Below are positions 47,858 through 59,968 of a DNA stretch of 64,000 nucleotides, one piece after another. Where the stretch lies: NCBI RefSeq assembly GCF_001949145.1, contig NW_019091359.1, positions 2,244,540 through 2,308,539 on the forward strand, read 5' to 3'. The notes beneath the pieces were generated by a model. It was given only the letters and a program-made list of their open reading frames with translations. It was not told where the DNA came from and did no database searches. Source of the DNA: Acanthaster planci. Its lineage: Eukaryota. The position numbers and the translations under genes were made by a program. Positions within the stretch are counted from its first letter, which is position 1. Each line of letters opens with the position of its first letter.

Positions 47858-49264
47858 TCATGCTGGAGATGCATGTATCTTAATTCCAAGATGTTTTCTG
47901 CTTGGAACATGTTGAAGAGCTTTCCTCCAGTCTTGGGATTCTCTCAGCTCACTCAAGATGGCCATCATCTGGTCTAACGTTAAGTTCTTGGTGCTCTTAT
48001 GCCACTGGAGATGGTCATCCAGAGGCAGTCGCGCATGGACGATTCCTGCCTCCTCTGCCTTCCTGAGTGACACTCGACTCTTGACACACCTGTCAACAAA
48101 ACCTCCAATGATGTAAACTTTGTTGGGGTTGTAGCCTGTGAGGACGTTTGGGGAGTCCGCTGTCAGGTAAACTAGCTCTTCGCTGACAAACACGTGCTGA
48201 GGGGGCTGTTCAGTAATGCTAACCATCAGGTTGTCGAGATGCTCTCCGTGAACACGCTTCAGTTCTTGCTCAGTGTGGCCATCATGGGCTACGTTTGTGA
48301 AGTGAACGTGAAAGGGGTCGCGCATAGTTTTGTTGGTTTTGAGGACAAGATTCAGCTGCATGACAGCGTTGATGAGCTCGCGTCGATCCATATGATGGTC
48401 GTAGCTCAGATCAAACACAATGGGGGGACCGAACATCAAACCTCGGGCAAGGTTCCACGTATTAGCAGTGTTCTCTGCGATAGACTGACCCTGGCGAACC
48501 AAAGCGTTCTTGACAGTCAAGTCTGGCTGTTGAAGAGTAGCTGCTTCCTGGGCCTTCAATTTCATTCTTGATTCCTTCTTTTTTGTCTTCTTAAGTTTGT
48601 GCTTCTCCTTCTTCAACAAGAAATTGAGGAATTTCTTTCTGCTGGTTTGAGACTGGAGATTGAGAAGGTGGTGCAGATCAAGACCATTTATACTCTCGGG
48701 ATTTGGTTTTCCACGTAGCTTCCTCCACTGGATTTCATCCAGCAAACCTTGCACTGGGCCCATTCTTTTCACTGGTACGACAGCTGGGTTGCTCTGCAGA
48801 CTGGTTAGAATCTCTTCAAGAGAGAAACGTGCATTGAGGGATTCATTTTGATGACTCTTTGCCACACAGAGGGATTGATGCAGTTTTGAGATTTCACACA
48901 GATTCAGTGTTGATGCTTTCTCCAATCTGACACGGTGGGTGGTATTAAGTAAGAGTCCATCTGGTACACTGACATCCTGCAGAACTGCTGCCCGTGTGCT
49001 ATACCTTGCCGAAATACCTACATCTTTGAGATTACCGACAGGCGACCGATTCAAAAAGCTTAATCTGTGGGGCAGCAAAGCCCAGTGTAGCTTTTTTCCC
49101 CGCCGCTGGCCGGCTCGGTGTGGCTGGGTCTCGTTGAAGATTTCATAGAGGTCGGGAAGGACCTGGAGTAGCTCAGACGACGGTTTGACTTTGCGACGGC
49201 TGCGACAGATGACATCAGCCTGGGCCCGTCTCAGAGCTTGCATTGGGGTTCGCAAATGTTGCAT
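47858..49264 (-). CDS. TRMT10C: tRNA methyltransferase 10 homolog C (mitochondrial RNase P protein 1), single coding exon, 468 aa
   Basis: SPOUT Trm10 motifs MFGPPIVFDLSYD, DPFHVHFTN, LVYLTADSPNVL, VYIIGGFVD, ARLPLDDHLQW, KNLTLDQMMAIL and WRKALQHVPSRK. SRKKFLNFLLKKE matches the TRMT10C N-terminal domain. Basic presequence-like N-terminus; in-frame TGA two codons upstream of the ATG. Confidence 0.92.
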   Translation of the reverse strand: MQHLRTPMQALRRAQADVICRSRRKVKPSSELLQVLPDLYEIFNETQPHRAGQRRGKKLHWALLPHRLSFLNRSPVGNLKDVGISARYSTRAAVLQDVSVPDGLLLNTTHRVRLEKASTLNLCEISKLHQSLCVAKSHQNESLNARFSLEEILTSLQSNPAVVPVKRMGPVQGLLDEIQWRKLRGKPNPESINGLDLHHLLNLQSQTSRKKFLNFLLKKEKHKLKKTKKKESRMKLKAQEAATLQQPDLTVKNALVRQGQSIAENTANTWNLARGLMFGPPIVFDLSYDHHMDRRELINAVMQLNLVLKTNKTMRDPFHVHFTNVAHDGHTEQELKRVHGEHLDNLMVSITEQPPQHVFVSEELVYLTADSPNVLTGYNPNKVYIIGGFVDRCVKSRVSLRKAEEAGIVHARLPLDDHLQWHKSTKNLTLDQMMAILSELRESQDWRKALQHVPSRKHLGIKIHASPA

Positions 49265-50029
49265 TTCTCAATGGAGGAGTTGCAAAGCTGGTCTTATCTC
49301 AAACTTCCTCTTGGTACTTATTCTGCAAAGATGAAACCAATTAGTATGATGATAGGAATGATTTTGATAACGGCGCAACGGGGTGCATTTCCTTTTATTA
49401 GATTCTGGGATATCTTGAGATGTGTCCCGACGCTTAAAATATCAACAGGGCTTTACATGTATGAGTATGTATGAGTAACAACTGGTGCAAGTCAAGAGAG
49501 AAATCGTAACATTAATCATATATTCAAAGTGGAGCCAACTTCATGTTTGGCAACATACACCTTGTGACTTTTGGGCAACAACTGCAAAACTGGCTTTATA
49601 TTTTACACAATTTTTAGTTCTTAAGTTTGGCATTAAGGGTACACATCAATACTTGGAGACTCTCCCCAAATTCAGAGAAGTCCCTTATTTGAAGACAAGA
49701 TCAGTCCCCTAAAAGACAGAATGTCTCCTTGAAAGAGAACTTTTTTCCCAAGATGGCTCAGATAGAAAATATCCACATGCTATGCCTAATATCACTTTTT
49801 TCTCTTACACATTTAATTCATATAAGTTATTTAAGTTGTTTTTATGAACTTTTCCGCCTGTTTTTCCAACATCCCAAATATGCAATAGGAGTATACGAAA
49901 ATTTGCTCCTTATGGGTCTAACAGATAGTGAGGCCACGCCTGATGCTAGCTACCCCAAGGACTGTGGGGTCAGACATCCACCCCACTCCCACCAGAGCAG
50001 ATGTCAGATCCCACAGTTCTGGGGCTTTA

Positions 50030-50973
50030 CAGTCACTTCGCCCCATTTCCACTTCACCCCTGGCCTAACCACATCGCCCAATCCCCACATCGCCCAATCC
50101 CCACTTCGCCCAAGCCCCACTTCGCCCAAGCCCCACTTCACCCAAGCCCACTTTGTCCCATTGCCATTTTGCCCCATCAACACTTTGCCCTAGTGTAGAT
50201 TTAGTTTTAACCTACTGGTGAAGGTTGCAACATTGGTAGTTCATCTGCCCAGCCAAACTAAAGGTTCAAATTCAGGCACTTTGCCAAGGAAAATGTTACA
50301 ATAAACACAATCACCTTAACAATACAGTATCAAGTAACGTGGCCAGGCAATAGGCCTAAACGCAGTGAACTCCTCAGCACCGTAAGGAGTGAAGTTATGC
50401 TGAAATTGTAATTGCACGTGCCTAATTTCACCCAAATATGATTATCGAAACTTTAGGGTAGCTGTTGACTATATCAAGTGACTATAATTGCTCAGGGAAA
50501 ATGAAAAGGAGAGACATGCATTTTTATTTCTGTCTTTAAAAGCAAAGTTTCTTTGGAAACGGACTAAGAAAAGAAGACCTAGTGGCTCAAACAAAGGGAT
50601 TAAAATGGAACAGGATGGAAGAGAAGATGTATCTTATGTCTACAGGAGATCCATTGAAGACTACAGCCTCAGGAGAAACTATGGAAATTTTAAGAAATGA
50701 TATCGTTTTTTTCATTATTCCATTTTCAATATCAAATCTATTGCCACGTCTGCACGTGGGGTAAATACACGCCACAACTTAAGAAAGGCTCCTTGTTTGT
50801 GTCATGGTTTCCACGTTCATGCACGGCTGGAGTGAAGTGGAAATATGGGGCCAAATGGCGGCGGGGCGCTGTTGGGGTGGGGCAAAGTGGGGACGGGGAG
50901 AAATGGCAATGGGCCGAAGTAATTTAGGGCCGAAGTAATTTAGGGGCGAAGTGGAAACGGGCAAAGTGACCGA
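50030..50973. mobile_element. TIR element with inverted ~15-bp subterminal arrays, in the predicted 5' UTR intron of TRMT10C
   Basis: GTCACTTCGCCCCATTTCCACTTC plus a CCCCACTTCGCCCAA array (50030-50190) face a GGGCCGAAGT array ending GAAGTGGAAACGGGCAAAGTGAC (50828-50973). Confidence 0.65.
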
Positions 50974-51220
50974 CAGTCGACACAGAGAAGTATGAGTACT
51001 ACATGTACATAGTAAAATTATTTTACTATGAATATGATGCTAGTTCCTCCACGCGCCACTGCACGCGCTTGCCGGATATGATTGAATGATTTGTGATCAG
51101 GTGATTGAGGCTAAGCACGTTCAGTTTAAGATTTCAATTATAGTTACGCCTAGTTTAGTTTACTCTTAACATTTTAACAAACTAAATAAACAAATAGTGA
51201 GATATATTACAATAACGTAC

Positions 51221-51353
51221 CGCTACATGATGGACGTGAATACGTGGACTTTAACGTCAACATGGACAAAGTGGTTCAGATAATTGCGATGTCTCGGCGT
51301 TCTGTCGCATTTCATTACGGGCAGAATTCCGTGAGGTCACGCCGGTAAATTAC
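51221..51353. promoter_or_regulatory. Putative bidirectional promoter and non-coding first exons of TRMT10C (-) and TXNL4B (+)
   Basis: CpG-richer segment with a minus-strand donor CG|GTACGT at 51220 and plus-strand donors GTAAAT (51345) or GTAAGC (51354). Matching acceptors lie just upstream of each ATG (49323-49325 on -, 52231-52233 on +). Confidence 0.5.
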
Positions 51354-52246
51354 GTAAGCTGTTGCCCTGGACTGACCTGTACGGCGATAAATGATTGAAG
51401 CGACAGGGGACTAGACAGACCTCCCACGTACCCTAGCCCTATCGGTGAGGGCGCTCTCTATACAATTTCTGCTGATTATGAACTCCACGCAACCGGAACC
51501 AGTGGATCAGCATGCACTCAATAGTTGAACATCTCAGTCACACCACTGTAGCATAAGGCTGCAATTTGTTTAAGTTTCAGCCTGCACAGTCTTAGTTTCT
51601 TTTTTTTTACGTGGCAACGTTTTAATCATCTTCCTTGAGGGCAGAGAGCAATGTGCAGAGGTGAAATTCTCATTGTCTGTTGGGAAAGAGTACTTCAAGA
51701 ACTCTTGAGACACTACTCCGTTCCACCCCCGGGACTCCACGGAGTAGTGACTTGGGAGTTCTCGGAGTAGGGAAACAGTGGGACTTGCATGACGGGCAAC
51801 ACTAAGTTTTCCTTAAAATGTTATAACAGCCGTCAAAAATGTGACGTGTCCTAAAAAGTTTAGCTGAGAAAAATTTAGCAAAGAAAATTCCCAAGCATTA
51901 TACTTTAAAAAACACATAGATTTTTTTTCAGACAATTGTCTCAAAGGTTTGTACACAAAGGCTTCAAGTTTTGTCCACATAATTATGCCATGGAACTCTC
52001 CAATTGTTGTTCAAGAGCTAGGGGCTATACAGTGCAGTCTTGATTTTTGTGCAAATTTGATTTGCCTTAAAAATCCATTTGCACAAGGGTCAAGAGCTGA
52101 ACAACTGCGTAAGGACAGACGAAGATTCTGATGTTGTCATTGCTTTTGACAATGTTTAACTTGGGCATTTAGGGCCTAGAAGTAGAAGTAGTACATTGTA
52201 GCAGTTTCAAAAACACATCAGCTTTCTTTTCAGCTTATCGAGGAAG

Positions 52247-53812
52247 ATGAGTTTCTTGTTGCCAAAGCTTACAACTAAGAAAGATGTGGATCACGTCATC
52301 AAGACCACAGAGGATGTGGTTCTAGTCCTTCGGTTTGGTCGAGATGCTGATCTGGTGTGCATGCAGCTTGATGATATAGTGAGTCCTGTTGAAAGGGTTA
52401 CTCGCTGAGTAATACTTGGGGTCCCTGTTTCATACAGACATGTCAGATCCAGACCTGGGTCAGTGCTGGGTCAGTGCTGCTTCGCTTTATTCACTACATG
52501 GGATTAGATGTAATGGTGAATCATTGTCCAATCACAGATCGCGATGTGGATTCAAATGAGGCAAACAGGCCCTTGGTTGAAAGAGCTTTTGCTCACATTT
52601 AAGCTTAGTGGGACATTAGGCCTACTGCATGATGTACATGTATGATATGTATAAGCCTATCTACCCATGGATTCTTCTGGGATTTTGAGAAATGAATCCT
52701 AGGGCCTACATGGAAACGCTCCAACTGCAACTTTTTACGACACTGCTGACTTGTCTTACTGAAGATTCATTCAAATTTGTTTGGGATCAATCCACTTCTT
52801 GATAAAGTGACAGTGACATTTATTTATCACAGCATTCATAATGCACATGGTTACTTTATTTCATTTTGAAAAATGCTAACTGTGGACCTTTATTTCATTT
52901 TGTATAAGCCAAGTTTAATCACAGAGGGTACACAGAATCATTGGAATGTGAATTGTCGCAGGTTAATTGACATTTCTATTCATGGTAATATATCGGGCAG
53001 CCAAAAAGCTCCCCATTCTCAGGATTGGTAGCCAAGTTTTTGCAATTGTGGTGGTTATTTCCAGCTTTCCAAGACTGCTCATGATGTCTCCAAGATGGCC
53101 ACCATCTACTGCGTGGATACAGAGTGTGTCCCCGTTTATACCCAGTACTTCGATATCACCCTGATTCCAGCCACCGTGTTCTTCTTCAACGGGCAGCACA
53201 TGAAGGTGGATTATGGGTAATGCTGCATCATTTTAAGAACCCTTTTGATAGAATAAAACATTCAAATAATTTCTAACAAAATTGAAAACAAAATATTTTG
53301 TCATGTACCTGACAGAAAGGCATTTGGCAAATTATGTGACACAACTCACATCACAACAGATGGCTCCATCCTTAAGCCCTGCGCCAGGAGGCAATTTCAA
53401 CATAAGCATTCCAGCAAGGCATTCCACAATATTAATACTGGTTTTGTTTTTTATTGTACATTCACAACCTTCGTACAAATCTTCAAAAGGCAATTTTCTG
53501 GTTGTCCGAGGTAAAGTATAACACATATGTGGATTTATAATAAATTAAAATCAAAACAATTTTTGACACAGTAATATGTCCCAGATCAGATTGTCATAGG
53601 AAAAAGGTGATATTTTTCAGTTTTTACATTTTTCCTGTCACTTCAGAACTCCTGACCACACTAAATTCATTGGAAGCTTCAAGACAAAGCAGGATTTCAT
53701 AGACCTGGTGGAGGTGATCTACCGGGGAGCCATGAAGGGCAAACTGATGGTCACCTCTCCCATCGATAGCCGCAACATCACGCAGTATGAGCTGCTCTAT
53801 CAGGATATATGA
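52247..53812 (+). CDS. TXNL4B: Thioredoxin-like protein 4B (Dim2), 3 coding exons, 149 aa
   Basis: Exons 52247-52378, 53065-53216 and 53647-53812 give [15 protein letters not shown]...VLVLRFGRD...CMQLDDILSKT...[46 protein letters not shown]...YELLYQDI*. Confidence 0.97.
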
Positions 53813-55181
53813 GGATCAGGGGAACATCAGCAAAGATGAACCCTGTGGCCAAGGCCGAGGCCAAGCCGAGGACTGAGACTTTGAGGGCAGAAATGCTTGC
53901 CAGACAATCTCCAGCCAGGTCCACCAGTCTTTAGCTAATAAAATTCTCTGAAATTTCAGCTGGCCAAAGAAGAGGGCTCGAGGTATGCCAGACGGCGCAT
54001 TTTAAGGTCAAAATTTCAAAGGGAACTTTCAACCAATAGTTTGCACCCAAGAGTAATCCAAGGTGATCTAAATTAAGCGCATAAAGCTAGACTAGTAGCA
54101 GATATGACTTTTACAAAGGATTATTTTACTTGCGTGGACGTGATGGTGGCAGACAGAGAAGTTGAGAATATGAGATAAGATGCCAGAAGTTGCTTTTGGC
54201 ACTTTAATCATGCAACACAAAAGATGTATGGACTAGTTATTTCAGAGTACAGAATGCTTTTGTTTTGGTGCACAATGTCACTGTCTTGTGAAGTCCTTGC
54301 TCAAGTGGTTTACCCTGGGTGTCTACAAGAATCTCTACAAATGCATTCAGGCTAGCTGCACTGTATATGGGGAATTAGGACAATATCAGCAAAACCTATA
54401 TGAAAGAGCATATTGGTATCAAGTGTCTACTGACCCATGCTGATTTGTGCATCTTGTGCGAAGTTGTTGAATAGAAACCACACCATCTCTGATGATTTCA
54501 AGTTTAAAGTTTCCGAGAAGATTAGGTTTCCATAACCCGAAGAGCAAGGGTGGCACTGGAGTCGTTAAAACTTTGGTCCGCCCAAAAATGTGTAACTTTT
54601 GTGGTGATGTATGACTGAATAAAATTTACCAAAGAAATGGAAACCTCATGGGTTTATCTTGATAATGAAAGACATTTTTGCTTGTGCCTTTCTGAATTTT
54701 GTTCCTGTGGCCCTGAACTTTCATGCAGGATCAAGCACCCTGAAAAGTACATGTATTAACTGCCGGGTTACAGGTTCTCCCTCTTGCAATATTGTTCAAA
54801 GGCCCCCACAGTGTGAGAGGTTTTAGAGAGTTTGGATTGATCTGGATAGCACAGAGTACATTGGGAATGTTTTTAAAAACCAGTGGTCTGCACTGTGAAT
54901 CAAGTAACTTGCAACAAAACAGTACAGCTGCACAGACAGCCGTCTTTTACATGGGCAGCGGGCAAAGCTTGTGCCATCACTGTGCCATGCTGAGGACGAG
55001 TGTGAAACGACACTGTGTGACTGCTCTATTTCTGGTAAGCTTCTGCTCACATCCAAGCGATGTACCCTCATTTGTTGCTGCAAGTCAGTTCTTGGTACAG
55101 CAAACCTACAAAGTGTAGACACAGGACAACCCCGTGCTTAGCATCACAGCTACCCAAAGTGAAACGGGCAAATCGCTCCAG

Positions 55182-58100
55182 TCAGTCCCCGTCAATTTCC
55201 TCCTCGTCGCTGAAGTAAGCACTTTGCTTGACTTTGGGTTTCTTGAGCGGAGGTTTTGACGAGGAAGATGGCGAGACCTCACTATAAGCTCCTCGTGCTA
55301 CAATCTCTCTGTACTGTTCCTCTTCCTCCTTCGCTCGCTAGGAAGAATGAATAAAACAAATTAAACAAAATGCTTCTTTTCTTCATTGTGTTCCCGTTGA
55401 CCACTTGTCAAAAATTGTTGACTATGTTGACTGTAACTGATTTTTTTTTAAATCTCACCAAGTTTACAGATGACTTCAACCCTTTTTTTTCACTTTTGAG
55501 TTTTCAAAGAGAACTTGGTACCATTTGGGGATTAAAGTTATCCTAAATTAAATTTATTCGCTGCATGGTGGCCAATCCTTTCAAAGTTTTTAAATTTCAC
55601 ACATATCTTGATCAGTGACTTTCAGTTGAGATCTGTACACATCCAAGAAATGGTACAAGAACTTAACGGCCATGTTTGTTTACCAGACGTTACGGAGACT
55701 GGGGAATTACAATTGAACACCTCTAATCTTCCCAGATCTTTCAAAGTCCTTGACACAATTGAAAATTTTGGAAAGGTTTTAGTAAAAAACCAAGAGAGTT
55801 ATGTAAGGTTTATGCATCAGTGAATAATTACCTGGAAATCGATGGCTGCCCCAAGACTTTCCAAAGCAGGATCCTCACCTTCTGATTCCTCATCTCTGGA
55901 AAATAAAAAAAAAAAAATTCCTCAGAAAATATCTTTATGAAAACTCACAACATGCCCCTACAACTGGAATGGAAGGACTGAAACTCAAGCTGGCAAACAC
56001 TGAGCATTTGAATTTTTATTCTTCCAATATTCTGAATTTAAGTAAAAGGTACTGAAAATAAATTGGAAAAGAAGTTGTAAAATTTTTTTTATGGCTGCAT
56101 CCCGATGTTTGTATCTTCAACTTAAAAAAGTTGACTTTGATATTCACACAATGCTTAATCTTCACCAATTTTTAAGCCACAAAAAGCTTTCAACATTAAC
56201 TGGGGTGTGTATTTGTTCCCATTGGCAATCACTTGATTAAGAAGCCATTTCACTTTTTTTCCTGATGTCTGCAATTTTTCAGTGCAACCTTTGAATCCTT
56301 GGCACTTCATGATTATAGTAGTTCAAGCCATCCATGAAAGAACTCACTTTGAAGTTTTTGGCAGTGGCAACGAGCTACGGATAGACCACTGGCCAGCATG
56401 CTTGGCTTCAATACTCACACGTCAATGGAGGTTGCCTGTCAGATTAGAGTCGACGCAGGACGGTCATTCTTTTGGGTGTACGCACGCAATAAATGAAGAT
56501 ATGAATTTTTGAAGAATTTTGAAAACGGAAAAAAAACTGACAAAGCGCCTGGCCCAACAGCCTGAACATGGATAATGGCCTGGCGCAAAGTGGTTCAGTG
56601 ACCCACCCCCCTTGGTCTCTTACTCTGAGTCCCTGTATTCCTCGGTTGCTTCTTCGGTATGCTTCCGTTTTTTCTTCTCTTTCTTCTTTGGTGGTTCTCT
56701 GTCTCCAAGAGAGTTCTTGGGGCAGCTGTAACTCAGATGGCCAAACTCCTGACGTGGATTCAACCCAAAAAAAAAAGATGCAGTGATGAAATATGATAAA
56801 GAGAAACAATGCTGACGGAGATGGAGTCGAGCGTTTAACCCTCTGGTCCAGGCAGCAAACACAGCATGCTATCAAGCTGTGAAAGAAATCCACTGAGAAG
56901 AGGGTTGCAGCCACTTCAACAACTGCCTGGCTGGTCAATAACGATGACCCTCTCTACCCCAACAGGTGCACATCTGTGCTCCCGGTAGGAAAAAGGCAAG
57001 TAGGAGTAAAGTAACTCACCCAACGTCTCGACATATGCCTAAGCACTTGTATTTGACCCTCTAAGATTCGATGACTAGGAGTTACAAAGCATAACCACTT
57101 GGCCAAATACACATTTCCCCAAATTTATACTGCAACAGGATTAAAATATGTTAAATAATAAACCAACATCTTTTTTTGCAAGAATAATCCTCAATGCAGC
57201 AAATAACATGCCATGATAACATATTCGATGTTTAATGGAAATCTCCACGATTACGTAACATTAAACACGAGTAGATCATCTTCACTCACTCCACATTCGT
57301 AGCATCTAGTCTTATCTGGATAATGTTTCTTCCGGATGAATTCTGCTGCTCTGCCATTGTCTGTTGCGATGGAAACTTTCCATTTTCTGCCAAATAACTT
57401 TAAAAAAAGAACTCATTAATATCACGCTCAATGTATGTTACAAAAGGTTGACTATCACTCATTTAGGTGATACGTTGTTTTGCCTTTTCAACACAATTTA
57501 AAATCAACATTGTACAATACCTTTATTACACCTCTGTGTACATGATGTATTAACCCTAACCGTCAAGCATATTATTTGGCTTACACTACACAGTACTACA
57601 AAATACTAAGTAATAGTCTGAGCCTGAAGGACCTAGCACTACAGATTACTACTTCTGGCTAGGTTACTTCCACTGTTACTTGTACACAAAACAATAAAGC
57701 CATGCATTTATAGTGCCACAGCACTGTATGGTACATTGTCTTATCTATTGTATCTTATGGCTTCAGAGAACAATAAAGTCATGTCCTCTTACAAGCAACA
57801 GCGCTCAGTACTACATTTTACTACAAGTAGTAATTTGTAGTATTATGTGGGGTAGGGTTGATAGACTGATACAGTCACACCCATTATGTAAAAAGGCTGC
57901 TAACGTGCACACTTTTAAAAGATAGTGTAATGTGTGTATTAAAAAGTTAACTTTGCATACTGAGGTGTCGATTCCTGTAACATGCCATGGCTTTGTGGCA
58001 AATCGCGTTAGGATGCGGGGTACTTGAGGGTCTTTGTGTGAGCTGTGTTGGGTTGGGTCAGGAGGATTAGGTTGGGTTAGGACAGGACAGGATGGGGTTG

Positions 58101-59968
58101 GTTGAGTTGGGACGGAGTCAGTGGGATAGCAGGTGCGGAATCGGGATGGGTTGAGCTGGTACAGGTTGGACTAGGCATGAGGTTAGGTTGGGGTGTACAG
58201 GCGTGTTATACATAGTGTGGACCTCTGCGCAAAAGAAGTCCACATAATGTAGGGTGCGTTGTGTGGACTTGCATATGTCCACACAATGTTTTTGCCTCGC
58301 TGAAAAACAATTTCAGGGAATTTAGGGGTCAAGGTTATCTGTGGCAAAATGAAGAGGAACAGTTCAGGAAATCATCATCAAAAATCCAGCTCCAAAGAGT
58401 TATCCTAGTTGGAGAAAAAGGAGCATTTACCACAGGAGAACAAAGGAATGTCCATACTTTGTATATAAAACAAGTGTCGGTGGATTTGGTTGGGATTAAG
58501 TGGTTTGGGGGTGTTGGGTTGAGTTGGATTAGTTAGGTATAAGACAGGAAGGATTGGGTTAGATAATGTTAAGTTGGGCTTAGTTGGAATGGACCAAATT
58601 GGGCTGTTTTGGAGGCAGGAATCCAATTCTATTTCTCATCCACTGACCTCTCTCCCATTCAGCCCTTTGATTGCCTTGTAGCAGGATTCTCTCTGAAGAA
58701 AGAGGATGAATGCCACACCCTTACTAGTCCGTCTGTCTTTGTCCTTGACAATGGTCACTCTGCCAAGGGAAAAAAATTTAAAACTGAACACTGAGGTGGA
58801 TAGAAGGACCCAAGTTTTGTTCAATAAGGAAAAAAAATTCTGTAAGCTCCACGGCAAAGAAATTATCCCCACGATAATTGAGAATCTATGGTTTACAATT
58901 TCTCCACAGGATTGTTGGTGCATTTTGAAGACACTATTTGAATAATATACATATTGTTTGTAAATGTTTGAATAACAGGAAAGAGTTCTATATATGGACA
59001 ACACTTATGCCCCTGTGCACAAACCTATGAGATTTGTCTGACGTTTTCTAAGTAAATGCTTATGAATTTTCCTTGCTAAATTTCACTTTTTAGGACATTC
59101 TGACGGCTGTTATAACATTTTAAGGGAAAATTAGTGTTGTCTGTTTATGGAACTCTGTTAGTTTTCCCATAAATGCAGACATTCCAGAGGCTACTGTTAG
59201 GTCATATGAAGATGATGCTGTTTCATTTATAAACCAATGTTGTACAATGTGTTCTGTTTTACTTACTTAACAACTTTGCCATACTTCTCAAAGATCTGTG
59301 ATCAAAACAAAAGAGAACACGGTCACTGAGTAAATTGAGGTCAAAGACAAAACTTCATCTAAAAAAAGAGACCAGCAGATCACGCACAAAAGCCACAATG
59401 GTCAATCTCAAATATTCACAATTTTAGCATGTTTTTTTTTTTGAGCCTCACAAACACTATCAAGCATGTCAAGTTTACCCTCCTTTATTTCCCTTACCCA
59501 AGTAGGTTCAGAGTCAAGGAAGTAGAAGTTGTTTTCCTCCGAGACTGAACAGACCTTCAGGCCTGGTCTTGATCTTGCTCAAAAAACCCTCAAAGTAACA
59601 GTTGCTCCTATAAAACTTGGTGTTGTGGACAGCTGAAAACTGTGATGGTCCAATGTTGTTTTAAAATCTGGCGTAGAAGCATCCCTTGAATTTAATTCCC
59701 CAATGTTTGGTAGGCTGAATGAAAGATTAAGGCATAGTTCAACTGGTTCAGGCAAAGCAACACAAAAGCACAGCACAGAAATAGCATGCAAGCCTAGCTT
59801 TACCAGCAACTGTGACACCGAACAAGCATGGTATGCAGAGCTGTATGTACACATGTAGGGGCCTAGTGTCTGTGTCGGACTTACCTTATGCAAATCATTA
59901 TTTGTTAGTGAAAATGGGAGGTTTGATACGTAACATGTCGTCTTACTCGGTGCAAGTCCAGAACTCAT
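55182..59968 (-). CDS. ZCRB1: Zinc finger CCHC-type and RNA-binding motif protein 1 (U11/U12-31K), 7 coding exons
   Basis: Exons 59968-59885, 59295-59267, 58759-58648, 57397-57290, 56748-56624, 55895-55832 and 55337-55182 give [45 protein letters not shown]...SKGVAFILF...[12 protein letters not shown]...[31 protein letters not shown]...SAYFSDEEE. Confidence 0.97.
58045..58612. repeat. Two degenerate (GGTTG/GGTTA/GGACA)n tracts in ZCRB1 intron 3
   Basis: 5-bp periodic G-rich tracts at about 58045-58200 and 58475-58612. Confidence 0.6.
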
